A program made the translations under genes and the position numbers. A DNA stretch of 64,000 nt from Octopus sinensis (Eukaryota), in NCBI RefSeq assembly GCF_006345805.1, contig NC_042999.1, positions 76,756,001-76,820,000 of the forward strand, read 5' to 3'. Shown piece by piece: positions 25,711 through 40,470 of the stretch. Below the pieces are notes generated by a model. That model ran no database searches. It was given only the letters and a program-made list of their open reading frames with translations, and was not told where the DNA came from. How positions within the stretch are numbered: position 1 is the stretch's first letter; the number at the start of each line of letters is the position of its first letter.

Positions 25711-27486
25711 AAAGGGAGATAGTCCCCCACTAGTATTTGGGATAAGTATTCGACAGTCGAAACTAAACTCTGTAAGGCATGTCATTTCAGTGTTCTGCTA
25801 TTTCTACGACTCATTACTTTCTGAACCGTCATATTGGAAAGCGCTTTAAAGAAAAATAATAAGAGTTAAAATATCTAGAGAGAAAGAATAAAAGAAGCTC
25901 AAAGCAGGTGAGAGAAATAGCTGGAATGTCATGATAGATATAAGAGTTAGTGACATATAGATTTGATAAGAGATAAGATTGACAACAGATATCAGTTTAC
26001 CATGTCAAACCGTGGTTTTTGTAACAGCTGATAATCTATTGCGTAGCATAATAAACATAGAAAGTTGATGAGTCATATTGTATAACTGACTGAGATAATA
26101 AATATAAAGTTTATGAGACTTTCCTCGACTTAATAATTAATGCAAATATTCAATCATATTCTTCGGCTTACAATATGAATTTAAATTGATCATTAGCAAA
26201 AATATGACGTAAAAATAAAAAATTTTTCCATAAATGACCTTTCGTTTTTGGTTGCTTTTGTTATAGATTTAGGTGGGGAGAAAATCATTAAAAGAATTTA
26301 CGAGATACGCTCCTGTTTCTAAGGCAGGCTTTCTAAAAAGGAAAAAAAAATACTGCGAACATTGATGCTGATTTATTAAGTACATTTGCAAATGACGGGT
26401 GTTTCAAATTAGATTCTTTGGATTCAATTTCTATTTTGCATTCCTGAGATAAATTGTCCTTAAAGTTATAAAATTTCGAAATTTCACAGATTTTCTTTTG
26501 GTTCTTTAGAAATGTTTTATCTGTGTTTTCTTCTCTAGAATGTTGTGAGGCGGGTGGGATATTACAGGGTAAAAATCGACTGCAATAATTCCTTTATTTA
26601 TTTGTATTGTGTTGTTTAGTTTATTTATTTTTAGACTTGTTTAAAAGAATTAGGCCCTTTTATGACTATAACGACGCATTTCCTTGCATCGGAATGTTTG
26701 CATGCATACAATGTTCGTCGAAATTGCGCGACATTTAGGGTATCATTTTCTCAAGGAGGAGACTTAAGGACGAAGTTGTGCTCTTAGATATACACCAGTC
26801 TCTCTCAACGAGATATTTCCAGGAGTGAAAAAAAGGAGTACAAGAAGGATATTTCTGAGCAACCTCATCAAAAGTATGTTGGCTTTTTGTGAGGCTGGTA
26901 TAGAATTCAGAGAACAGCTTCGTCCTTAGCTGCTTTTAAAGGATTAGGACCAGATCCTGGATATGAGATAAACTCTTCCATTTCTCTCATCGGTCAAGGA
27001 TAGCCTAGAAGGGTCATGGGCGTTGCCCTTCTTCTTTTGATTATGCATTTAAGAAACAAATTTGAGAGTTGGAAGATTGCGGAAAACTATTCCCCATAGA
27101 CGCTTCAAATCTCACTGAAGGGATACGTTTGTATAGCAGATGAATAGAGACAATTGTCTAGTTTCTTTTGACAAGGCATATTTTTTAAAGAATATTGTGC
27201 ATACTGACTAAACTTAGCCAGTAATTTTATTTTATGAAATCTGGAAAATATGAGGGCGTTGATAAAATATCAAACGTCCATTATTTATATAAATGCGTAT
27301 GCGTAAGCATGTGTGCATGAAAATGCACTCGTGTGTGCTAAGATGTATAAATGAGAAAGTACTCAAAACATGTAATAAAATATATTCATATATTGAAGCT
27401 GAGTTTACATTGAGTCGCAACTCTGAGTTGCCTATTCCTCTCCCGCCTCTCTCTCCCTCTCTCTTTCTCTCCCTCTCTCTCTCTCT

Positions 27487-27517
<31 letters not shown>

Positions 27518-27582
27518 ACGCACGTTACTTTTAGTTGCTTATTTCTATAGTATGCACATACGCTCACACGTGAATGCGTGTT

Positions 27583-27614
<32 letters not shown>

Positions 27615-28560
27615 ATGTGTGCGTGTCATATAAGTATGTGTTTATCAGCATATCGGTGTGTGTGTGAGAGAGAGAGAAAGAGAGAGAGGATTTGGGTGTT
27701 GAAGCTGCAACAAGCGTTAGAAAATTCAGGATTTATTTATAAATAAGACTTTATCGATTACTCTTTCTTTCTTTCTCTCCCCCCCCATCTCTCTCTCTCT
27801 CTCTCTCCTTCAACCTCTGTCTCCCACTGTTGCAGACGTAGCATCATTTCCTTTCCAATGTAATCTCTGCCCCAGTACTAAATCGCAGCTTTACTTGTCA
27901 TAAGGTGTCATTACGATTTAAGTAACAACCATACGAGTTGCCATTTAACTTTTAATTTAATTTTTTACTTTTTCGCTACATTTCCACTTTTACTTTATTA
28001 AATATTTATTATTGTTATTGTTTAATATCTTTTTTCTTTTCTTTTTCTTTCTTTTTGTTTCAGGCCACCTTCTTGCTTACCTACCGTCGATTATCGATTC
28101 ATAATATTCTCGCTAGGATATCACATTTGGATTTGTAGTCTATTGATTCCTTATACGACTGTTACTTCTCCATATGCTTTGCTGAACAGATGTCGAGGTA
28201 CCAGGAAAGTTTATTGCTTCGTTTTAACATAATTACTTGGATGGATTTTTTTTTTCTTCTTTAAATATCTTCTTACATTTTCGCTTCTTAATTTGTTGTT
28301 GTTGCTTAGGTGTATTAAATAAAATAATGAGGAAGAAGAAATATAGAAAGGGAGAGGGGGAGAAATGGCGAGGAAAGAGGAAAAGTGGGACAGGGGGAAA
28401 GAATTAGAAAATGAGATAAAGAGGAGGAAGGAATGAGAATATGAAAAAAAAAAGGAAAGAATATCATTGGGGAAGAATTAAAGACAAAATTAAAGAAGTA
28501 CAAGGAAAGAAACAAACAAACAAGGTAAGAGAGAAAGAAATTGAATCGCTGTGCTGGAAT

Positions 28561-28767
28561 CGTTTCTAGAATACGCAAATCACCGAATTTAGAGGAGGGA
28601 GCTAATCTATGAAATCGACCCTAGTTTTTGACTCGCTATTTTATCAACTCCGAAGGATGAAGATTATATTTGATATTGGCGAGATTTGAGCTGAGTATGT
28701 AAAGAGCCGCAATAAAATATGGCAAGGCGTTTTAGGCAAACTCTCTAACGATTCGGCCAAATCCACC
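28561..28767 (-). mobile_element. SINE family B, old
   Basis: Degenerate match (TTTTATCAACTCCGAAGGATGAA...CTAACGATTCGGCCA). Confidence 0.6.
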
Positions 28768-29325
28768 CCAATTTCTCTGCACCGAAATAAAGAAGTATGA
28801 AAGTTATTTGTGGTTTTGTAAATGGGGATCAGAATATGAAGAAAAGAAAAAGTAGGATTAAATAAGAGGGGAACAAGAGAAAGAAAATAACATAAAAGAA
28901 GAGTGAGGAAAAAAGAAACGATAAGAATGAAAAAATCAGTAAAAGAATAAGAGGAGAAAGAGAAAATAAAAATGGAAGACAATGAATGGTAAAGCAAAGA
29001 TAAGACAAAAAGAAAAATTATTAACCAGAAGCAGGTGTGTAGAAGTAAATAAAAGAAAAAGGAAGAGAATGTGAAGAAAGAGGAAAAGGAGAAAGAAAAA
29101 TGGAAAACGAAAGGAGAATAGAAGAATATACAGTGTTGTGGTTGGTAGAGGTAGTAGAGCGCTGGACAAAATGATTTGAAGTGTTTACTTAAGTTTTGTT
29201 CTTATGATCTGAGTTGAAATGATGCCGAAGTTGATTGCCCTTCATTTTTCTGTGGTCGATAAATAAACTAACATAATGTGAGTAGAGAGACATACAAAAT
29301 GTGTGTGTGTGTGAGAGAGAGAGAG

Positions 29326-29359
<34 letters not shown>

Positions 29360-30664
29360 CAAAGACATGGAAAGACAGGAAAGGAAAAACCGAAATACAA
29401 CAGCTACATCGATAAACCTGACGAGTCCACTGGAGGTGACCCTATACAGCTGTATTTTCGGCAAAAATGAACCATTTTTACCTCAAATCACACCTACAAT
29501 GAAGAACACTTTAACTAAAGGTATTCAAAATATTCGCAATGATTTGAAAAAAGGTGATAGATAATCATTACTGGAATGCCATTACTCTGTTCGATCAGGA
29601 ATAACCCGGTAAGATGTATACATGAAAATGGTCCACGGTAAGTTGTATACAAGAAAATGATCTAAGAGGGAAGCCTCATCCCAATCAATCGACCTTACTT
29701 AAAATTCATACGCTACAGTCCCAACAATAAAAAGATACTAGAAACGGGGTAATGTAATCTAAGATACACAGTCTGTAAAAGCCTGACGACAGAATTACTT
29801 CATCGGAGCTGACCTGGGACCAATCAAGGAATAACAACGACGATAGTGAGAAAATTTCTGTCTTGCATATTCAGATCTTAAATATACTGTTTGCATATTG
29901 ATTGAAAAGAAATGACGAGGTAGTCGTGGCTGAAACACGCTGAACCATAGTTCTTCAAGATCAAAACTTAGCTGAGTTATAAAGAACTACGATAATGGTC
30001 GAGATTAGATTCCGAAATAAAAACAGTCAATCATTATTTTTTTTTTTTTTGTTCTTTTTTTTTTCCTATTAAATACCCGTCTAAGTGATAATGACAGTGG
30101 CGAGCAGAGAAATGGAAAATTAAATTTTTGTTAAATGCTCCGTGGGATCTCGAAGCTATTCTCTTCCTGCAAGAACTATTGCATCCAACCGCACCACTCA
30201 CACCACTACAACCACATTCCATCATTTCATGACCACAGCAATAAATTTGATGAACCCAGAAATAAAATGAAATTAAATTAAAGCAGAGGATAGTTCTTTT
30301 GTTGTTGGTGGTATTGTTGTTGCTTTTGCTTTTTTTTCTTCTTATTGTCTGGTACTAGGCAATAGGAAATTAGTAAATACAAATAGAAATTTATTTCAAA
30401 ATAAGACAAATACAAAAATATACAAATAAAAAATTTTAACTAAGAAAATAAAATGAAAGAAAAGTCAATCTAAATTCATTGCTGGTGATGAGGGAGAAGG
30501 TGGGTGGTTGCCGTGCTGAAAAGTTTGGTGTCAATTGAACCAGTGGTATCAACTTGTCAACGAATAAAATGGTTATTGTGTAATATAGCTTTCAGAGATC
30601 TCTGAGAAAGAGACAGGCAAAAAAAACTACAAGTGTGAAAGAGAAAGAGAGAAAGAAAAAAAAC

Positions 30665-30695
<31 letters not shown>

Positions 30696-30970
30696 AAGAG
30701 AATTACGTTTGGTGAATTTTCGCGTTCATCTGACGTAATTCTTCTGCACCATCATCATCACTTTTATCATCATCATGAAACGTTAATCTTAATTTATTGC
30801 TGTTAAAAGGCTGTGTATGGGTATGTGTATTTGGATGTATGGTGTAAATGTGTGTATGTGCGTGTGAGAACGAGTTGGGAGGAAACGAAATGGATGGCTC
30901 TGGAAGAAAACAGTTTGCATTGCTTTGTCTCCGATTTGACGTGAAATTTATTCTTTCAAACTTTCACACA

Positions 30971-31126
<156 letters not shown>

Positions 31127-31553
31127 CATTCGAACGGATTGCTTGCACATTGCTTTTTGATTTAATCATCTTCCTTCCCTACGTCTTTCACGCGAACGAA
31201 TACATATGCGTTCATATGCATTCATGCGCAGGGATATGGGATGTTTTCTTATCCACAATGTGTGTGTATGCGTGTATGTGTGTGAATGAGAAGACACCGT
31301 GATTCTCCTTGTGATCAAAAATAAAAATAAGTCGATCTAATTAGATTCAGCTTCTGCCAACAATTCGTTAGGGATCACTAGCTCTTTCAATGTGTAAGTG
31401 AAAACTGTTTCAAAAGTTGAAACCAGTAAGATTGACCTCTTTTTCGAGACACAAAGGGAGAGCAACCTGTTGCTTAACCACAATATTTACTTTTACCCTG
31501 AAGTTAAATCTATATTCACTATAAATACATATACCCTTAAGTTCATAACTTTG

Positions 31554-31601
<48 letters not shown>

Positions 31602-32478
31602 CGTGCACACACACACACACACACACTGTAAGAACTACTCTCTCTCTCTCTCTCTCTCTCGAAACCCTTCTGAACTCAATCCCATTATCTCAGTGTTACT
31701 CTCGTCTTCACTTACGAATATGTATACATACACTATGTCTATTGCTATTTAATTGTTCCTACGTTGATTTGTTCATACCTAGCTCTAAATACCATTACAT
31801 GTCTTCCTCTCAGTCAATCTATTCTCTCTCATTCTCCCTCTATCTATCTAACCATATAGCTTATTTCTCCACATCTCGCTAAATCACAATTCTCTTTCAC
31901 TGAAAATTTTTCCCTCTTAAATTCATCATCTCACACACACACACACACATACACACACACACACACACACTCACACATGCACACTCATTCATTTCTTACT
32001 GCCTGTTACCTATTTGCTGGCGCCCTTTTCAGAAAACTACGTAAGAACAAAACACGAGCCTTGCTGTAATGTTAGTTTTATCATCCCGCAGCTTTTGTTG
32101 ATGTTTGCTCAAAAGCAGGAAATTCATCAAGCAAAACTGACATGCCACTTGACAAAATGTAAAAGCCAACAAACCAAAAATGCTGAACGCTATAAAAATA
32201 TCTCAGCAAAATTTAGTAATTAATTATCATTAGCAATATTATTATCATTTATGTCATATTTTATCGTGAATGTTTTTTTTTTCTCGTTATCATGATTATT
32301 ATTAATATCATCATTAATATCTGATTTTTGTTTAGGGGAAGAAAGAAAGTAAGAATTAAAAGAACATTCTTTTTAAAATGTGTGCACTTCTTTATGTTTG
32401 TGCATGTATGTGCGTACATGCATGTATGTGTACGTGTGTATGCGTGTTTCTAAATTCATACATACGAATATGTATGCA

Positions 32479-32527
<49 letters not shown>

Positions 32528-32653
32528 ATAAATATATGTGTGTACACGTATGTGTATATGTATGTATGTATATGTGCGTGTATGTGTGTGCTAGCTCATT
32601 ATAAAATTAATCTATACATGTGTTCATACACATATATATGTGCACATATATAA

Positions 32654-32731
<78 letters not shown>

Positions 32732-32757
32732 AGTGCGTGTGTGTATAGCTGTGTGTC

Positions 32758-32793
<36 letters not shown>

Positions 32794-33352
32794 CACACAC
32801 TCACCTATATATATATACAGACAGAGAAAGAGAGAAACATACATAACCATATAAGTAACTGTATGTAACTATATATACACACAAACATAATGGTGTGTGG
32901 GTGTGTATTTGCATCACATGCATGGAGAGAGAGAAGGAGAGAGAGAGGGGGAGAGAGAGAGTGAGAGAGAGAACAGAGAAACAAGCAACAAGAAAGGAGA
33001 AAGAAAATGGAAGCATAGATATTGTGAGAAAGTGCTGGGGGTGTTCTAGTGAATCATGATACACATCATTGTTTGATATCGTTTAAAACAAAGAAAGCTC
33101 AGTGAGTCACAAAACGCTTTAAGAAAAATGTTTTCTAAGCCACTAGAGTGTTTTCACATGGCAAAACTACGCAGTATAGATATGAACGTTATCACATTTG
33201 TCAATTTTCATGGGTTATTCGATAAAACTTCAGCTTTGAATATTGCTTTTCCATTTTTACTAACGCAACCAAAGGAGCAGATTCTACATTCATAATAGGA
33301 ATTTTTATATCCACGCATTCATTGATGGTCCCTCTCTCTCTCTCTCCCTCCT

Positions 33353-33424
<72 letters not shown>

Positions 33425-33482
33425 GTATATACATATATACATGTACACGCGCACACACATATATAGACCTACGTGTCTGCAT

Positions 33483-33525
<43 letters not shown>

Positions 33526-33665
33526 TGTGTGTGTGAGAGAGAGATCTTATGTATAGATTATTTGGTATTGCTGATCAAATTATTGAAAAACAACAACACA
33601 TATTGATAATCGGACTGTATAGATTTATTAAAGTAGAATATATTGATAATATTGGATTAATAGGG

Positions 33666-33735
33666 ACTTTAAGTTTCGCCTTCAACGGCTTCTTGAACCA
33701 GTCAAGAATAAACCGTTAAAGGTGAGACTTGAAGT
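33666..33735. other. 70-nt imperfect hairpin made of two inverted degenerate hammerhead-like motifs
   Basis: ACTTTAAGTTTCGCCTTCAACGG pairs with CCGTTAAAGGTGAGACTTGAAGT. The minus strand reads ACUGG-UUCAAGA-A-GCC-GUUGAA-GGC-GAAA-CUUAAAG-UC. Confidence 0.55.
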
Positions 33736-34315
33736 ACCAGTCAATATAATACTACCTATCACACACATGTATATACTTATATACATATATATATTGTGCG
33801 TGTGTGTGCTTATATGTAAATATATATACATACCTATATACATATATATATATGTGTGTGTGTGTGTGTATATAACATTATATATGTATGCATGAATATA
33901 TATATAACGCGAGCGTGTCTAGCGTCGAATATTTTTGAAAGCAAACCTACTCGCTCTATATAGAAGTGTGTATATGTGAGAGACAGACAGAGAGAGAGGA
34001 GACAGACAGACAGACAGAGAGGAGACAGACAGTGTGTGTGTGTGTGTGTGTGTGTGTTGTTACTGTAAGCTGAAATTATTTTTCCATCGACACTAGAAGT
34101 TTCGCAGTTACAATGCTCGCACAAGGAAACGTTACAAAGAACTGCAGGTGATGATATTCCCTCTGTTTTTAAGCACCTGAAAAATTACGGTGTACTGTGA
34201 TTTTCAATACACACACACATGTATGTGTGTATATACGTATATATGTCTATTACCTAACCAGTAACGTAAAGAAGAAATCCATTTTTCATTCTAGATCGTT
34301 GACGTTCAAAGTTTG

Positions 34316-34389
34316 CACTTTAGATGTGCTATCAATTTTACACTTTAGATGTGCTATCAATTTTACACTTTAGATGTGCTATCAATTTT
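34316..34389. repeat. 25-bp tandem repeat x3
   Basis: CACTTTAGATGTGCTATCAATTTTA. Confidence 0.9.
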
Positions 34390-34836
34390 CAGCAGCAAAT
34401 ATTGCAGCATAACTTTGTGTTCCCATTAACAAGCAGTTCAGTAAAGGAGAACGATATAAGTGTCAGGCTTTAAAAAAAACGTTGTACTAGAACAGATTCG
34501 TTCGACTAAATCCTTCTAGGCGATGCAACAGCATGGCCGCAATCCAATGAAAGTTATGAAATTGTCGACTAATCAAGCAAGCTAAATTTTAGTTATACTT
34601 TAAAAAGCGGCCCGAATGTCAGCACTAGCTTATTTCTCTGTTGTCCGAATGCTATGGAGATTAACCTGTCTCTTGAGCTTTCCAACATCCAACGAGAAGC
34701 GACAAACATTTGAGCGGCTTACTCATTCTTTTCTTGTTTCAACACTTTAAATAAATCAAAGTACATTTGCTGGATAACATCTTGAGAGTATGGCGATTGA
34801 CACTGAAACATATCATGTACCAAAACAATTAACATG

Positions 34837-35063
34837 TACTCTTTACTCTTTTACTCTTTTATTTGTTTCAGTCATTTGATTGCGGCTATACAGGAGCACT
34901 GCCGTTAGTCGAGCAAATCGACCCCAGGACTTATTCCTTGTAAGCCCAGTACTTATTCCATCGGTCTCTTTTGCCGAACCGCTAAGTTACGGGGACGTAA
35001 ACACACCAGCATCGGTTGTCAAGCGATGTCGGGGGGGGGGGACAAACAGACACACAAACATAT

Positions 35064-35142
<79 letters not shown>

Positions 35143-35307
35143 TACGACGGGCTTCTTTCAGTTTCCGTCTACCAAATCCACTCACAAGGCTTCGGTCGGT
35201 CCGAAGCTATAGTAGAAGACACTTGCCCAAGGTGCCACCCCCGTGGGAATGAACCCGGAACAATGTGGTTCGTAAGCATGCTACTTACCACACAGCCACT
35301 CCTGCGC
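34837..35307 (-). mobile_element. SINE family A, full length
   Basis: Same family with an expanded internal (TA)n. Confidence 0.9.
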
Positions 35308-36875
35308 AATTTCATAATTTTATAGCATATCTATATTAGTTACATATGTTAAGCTCTCACTTGAATTTCGTGCAGTATCTTGGCTTGTGATAGTCCTAAT
35401 AATTCCGCAATGAAACTTTTCGCCCCCTTCAATACGCTTACATGATAGGATATCAGGACAACTGGATTAACTGTTTGAAAAGTACAGTGCTTTATAAATT
35501 AAGATATTTCTACTTGAATGCAAGGATGCATCTCAAGATAATACTCCAGCACTAAAAAGCCAACTAAGTGGTCTTGAGTCTTTTGTGAGCGCTAATAAGA
35601 CAACGACATGGTTCCTCCAAAGGTTTAAATATAAGTGGGAAAATCTGGGATGGCCATTCGACCATGCACATGGAATTACCTTTTTTTTTTTGCTTTGTTT
35701 TTATTTTCAATTTGACAGTTAAATTGCTGCAATATTATAAAAGATTGCTGCAATTATAATAGATTGCTGCTACATTATAAAAATACTTTTTTTCGGAGAG
35801 AGTACATAAAACGAGCTATTAATGTGTCTGCATACTGTGTGCGAGTGTATATGTGTATGTATGTTTTTATGCCCACACATGACTGTGTATGTGTATGTAT
35901 GCTTATATGCCTACACATATGACTGTCTATGTTTATGTATGCTTATATGCCTAAAAATATATGCATTTGTATGTATTTGTGTGTGTATTCGCGCTTAAGC
36001 ACCGATTTTTCTGTCCACTGAGAATACAACCTATATAAACATATACGTGTTAGAAACAATTTATCTCATGTTTTTGTTAGATGATTGAAGATTATAGGAG
36101 GTCAGCTTTGTAAATCACTTCTAAATTGGTTATCATGTGAAAAAATTGAGAGTGGTTTGTCTTTCAAAACGGTGACTTCAGTAAAACAATCAACCAAAAA
36201 TGAAATGTAAAAAAACAATGTTTATTTTTATAAGATAGGTGACTTGTGTGACTTGTGAGGGGTGTGGAAAAGAAATCAGAGAAAAGAAAGAAAAAATATA
36301 AGAAAAAATATCGATAGACAAACAGACAGACAGAGAGATAGACTGTTTTGTTCTAACATGAAATGGTAATTGCTTTCAACCGTCACATTAGAAACAAATT
36401 ATTCTTATGATCATCATCATCGCCACTCCTCTCATCATCATCATCATCATCATCACTTTCACTCTCATCTTCATCATTATCATCTTCATCACCTATTTGA
36501 TTTTTTAATGTTTCTCGATTTACCATTTTATATAATTTTTTATATGTATTTCACAAAATTGATTTTAACACTTTTTTTATTTTATCCATTTATGTAATGC
36601 AAATTTTACCTTTCATTATTATTATTATTATTATTGAAATCATTGTTATTGTTATTATAATCATCATTGTTATTATTATTATTATTTTGATTATTATTAC
36701 TATTATTATTATTTATTATTGGAGATAAAAGACGTAATATTCCGTTATATACTGAGGTCAAATTTTTAGACTATTCCCATCACACATACGCACACACACA
36801 AACACACACACACACACACACACACAAATTATACCCTAGTGTCTATACTAGAAACCATTATAATTGCTTAGAGCA

Positions 36876-37385
36876 GTGAGTGACGAAATTAGAAGAACGT
36901 CGGAATAATTGTCGTGTAATAATAGTGTCATTTTATATACAAGTTCAAATTCCGCTAAGGTTGCTTTTTGCCTCTTATTGTTCCAGGTCCCATGAAATAA
37001 AGTACCAGTCAAGTACTGAGAACGATTAAAAGAGGGGCAGATTGACAGTATGGAACAAAATGTCTTTTCGTATTTGTTATGGCCCTTTAAGTCCTATGTT
37101 CAAATCCCACCGAAGTCAACTCCGCCTATAATTCTTCCCTGATCGATAAAATAATATACTAGACAAGTACTGAAATCGATTTAATTGACTAAGCACTTCC
37201 AACAAATTTCTAGCCTTGTTAGAAATTAAGATCATAATGGTTGATGGAAGAATTGATAGAGTGCTGAACAAAATGCATCACCCGTACTGCCCTGAGTTCA
37301 AATCTAGACAGGTTCAACTTTACACTTCATCCTGGCAAGGTCGATGAATTAAGTACTAGCTGTTACAGATGTAATTTAGTAACAT
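36876..37385 (+). mobile_element. Three consecutive degenerate SINE family B copies
   Basis: GTTCAAAT....AAGTAC core repeated at about 36945, 37098 and 37296. Confidence 0.6.
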
Positions 37386-37868
37386 AATAATCCTGACCGT
37401 GTATACCTATGATCAAAGGTATTCCGTCCATGACCATCCAATATTGTGTTATACATTGTGTGTCCTGGAATATATAAGCCAATATGTACTTTACAGTTCT
37501 TTTTAAGATGATAGGGTGCTATTTAAAAGAGATTTGACTACTGTTTCTAGTAGTTTTAGCGGTCTAATAATGGCACACTCATTGGCTTGATAAGTACAAG
37601 TCAATTACTAAAATCGATATAATCGAATAAATCTTCCCCTACCTCAAAAAAAAAAGTGATTTATGACTTTGGTGCCTATGCAACAAATCATTATTTTTTA
37701 TTATCGTTGATAGAGCGTCGAATGGCAGGGACTTACAGAGTCGGACAAGATGTTTTGTTGTATTGAATTACATTCTTACACGTCAGAACAATGTGTCTGT
37801 TACAAAATAATAATAATAATGTTGTTGTTGTTGGTGGTGGTGGTGGTGGTGGTGGTGGTGGTAGTAGT

Positions 37869-37899
<31 letters not shown>

Positions 37900-37900
37900 T

Positions 37901-37946
<46 letters not shown>

Positions 37947-39289
37947 TTGAATCGATAATGCAAATAACAAGCTATGAAATAATGAAAATCTGTTCGAATA
38001 ATGATAATAATAACTGAACTCGTTTAATAAATCATCACGATCTATCTCGTCGTCTTCATCATCATCATTACCATCATCCTAATTACCAGCCACTAAATGT
38101 TACAACTACCACAGCTACTAAATTAATTTAGTGAACTCTCACTCTACTATGCTACGTTTCATGAAGTGGAATGGAGTTGCTAAATCTGTTACCTTCCCCG
38201 CCGCCTTTTATTTATTTATTTTTATTTTTTTTTGTAGATCTTTATCAAATAAGAAATTGGCAGTAACGTTTGCTCTTTGATGGCAAGGTGCTGCTCCTTG
38301 TCATGTAAGCCTAATAGAGATTTCAGAAGAGGTGTGAAACGAGAATCATACAATTTTATGATATTCTAAATATTTTAATCTGACTAGGCACAACCGCACC
38401 ACAGCTTTCAATAAAGACAAAAGGGCGGTACTGTGCTTTTCATACTGTCCCGAGTATATTAGAAGCGTAAATGAATTGAAACTGTATCAATAGAGAATAG
38501 AAACCTCATTGTGTTCTTGAACACCGAAGACCAAAATGTAAGTCTCCACCGACAGCAATCTACAAAATGGTTTCGATTTCCTATTAAAGCCACTACATTC
38601 TATTTATATAACTATCCTCACAAGAAAAACGTTGTTTGGAAGTTGTGTACTTGGAAAAGGTATGAATATCACAACCTCCTCAGTACCTAACACCGTCACG
38701 CAGTTTGATCCAAAGAAATCGATAAAAATCACATATTTATTCGGTTGTAAAATAATATTTTTTTTTTTAAATTTGTTTAAATATTATTTTGCTAGCTTTT
38801 TTTTACCTTGATTTTTTGTTTACTTTTCTTTCACCTCTTCCAAGTTGTAATTTTTGATGCAGTATTTTATTACTAGTATCTTTTTTTATTTTTATCTATT
38901 ATTTAATCAAAATATTCCTTTCTTTATCACTGAAAGAGAAACAATTTCGCTAACGAAATTCTTTTGAAAAGTTATTTCCAGGAATCAAGAACTTTTTTAA
39001 TTCCTTGTAAACAAATATAAAATTAAACCATTTTTTTTTTACATATAAAATTCAACATTTGCTTTATATAGAGTTTTGTTACTGTTGCCAATGCTGCTAT
39101 GGCTGTTGTAAAAGTTTGTCTTTTCCATAGTTAATGTTACTCTTTTGTATTGTCTTTATTTGTATTTTTTTTTGGGGGGGGGGGGTTACTGTTGTTATAT
39201 TCGTGTATCATTACTGTTGGTGTTATTGCATTCCTTTCGAGTGTTAATAGTGGTGGTACTGATTTTTGTTATTGTTGCTGGTGATTGTA

Positions 39290-39297
39290 GAAGTAGC

Positions 39298-39342
<45 letters not shown>

Positions 39343-39409
39343 GGTGGTGGTGGTGGTGGTGGTGGTGGTGGTGGTAGTACTAGTAGTAGTAGTAGTGGTG
39401 GTGGTGGTG

Positions 39410-39445
<36 letters not shown>

Positions 39446-39754
39446 GTTAGTGTTGATGTTGTTAATGTAGCCCCTGAAAGGGATGACTTAACAATCAAGG
39501 GTATTTCATGGTTATGCCAGACATCTAGGATCATACAAGTCAAACAACAGGGAGTAATTTGAAGGAAATTTGGCTATTTCCTTGGTTCGATTGCTGTTGT
39601 TATTGTTGTTGTTGTTGTTATCGTTGGTATGTGGGAGAGGGGGCATGTTATAGCTATGTTATCAGTTTGGTCAAGGTGACGGAGAAAGGTGGCGTTGTAA
39701 TTATTGTCGATAGTGGTGATGGTAATAGGAGTAATAGTAGTTGTGGTGACAAGG

Positions 39755-39786
<32 letters not shown>

Positions 39787-40470
39787 TGGGGGGTAGTGGT
39801 GGTGGTAGTGGTGGTGGTTGTGGTATTATTGGTTATAGCAGTAGCGATGAAGGCGTTGGTAGTAAAAATGGTAAAAAGTGGTATAAGTAGTGGCTGTAGC
39901 AGTAGTATTGATAATACTAGTAGTGGTAAAAGTGGTGACGTTGGTAATAGCTACGGTTGTAGTGTTGGTATGGCTATAGCAGTTGTAGCGATAAAGATAA
40001 TGCCAATGGTTGCAATGGTAGAAGTGTTACTTATAATATTGGTAGTGGTGATAGTGATGGCGGAGGTGGTGGTTGCAATGGAAGAGGTGTTACTGGTAAT
40101 ATTGGAAGTGGTGATGGTGTAGCTGTGCTGCTAGTGATGACATTGACACTAACAGAGATGGTATTGTTGGTAGAAGTAGTGGTTGTGGGGTTGGTGGTGT
40201 TGGTGCAAGTAGCAGTGCTGGTAACGGTCTACGTTGTATTAGAGAAGATGTTGACAGTAATGTTGGTAGTGGTGGTGTTAATGGAATGATGCCACTGGTA
40301 ATCAGAAATGGTAATGGGGATATTAGGGTGGTGTTGACAAAAGGCGTAATAACGGTGGTGGGAATGATACAAATGTCGATGGGAGTGGCACTAGTAGTAA
40401 TGAGAGGGATGAGTCTAATCCTAGTAGTAGTAGTAGTAGTAGTAGTGGAGGTGTTGGTAGTGGGTGTTAC
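39290..40470. repeat. Compound, decayed (GTA)n/(GGT)n low-complexity tract
   Basis: Direct reading; analogous (CAC/CAT)n tracts at 42670-44040 and 61140-62430. Confidence 0.85.

Noticed and set aside
34316-34389. 25-bp direct repeats as a CRISPR-like array
   Set aside because: No spacers, no cas genes, eukaryotic context; a simple tandem triplication.
38238-38304. Possible plus-strand coding exon (tttgtag...gtaagc)
   Set aside because: Stops in all three frames; at most non-coding, with no further support.
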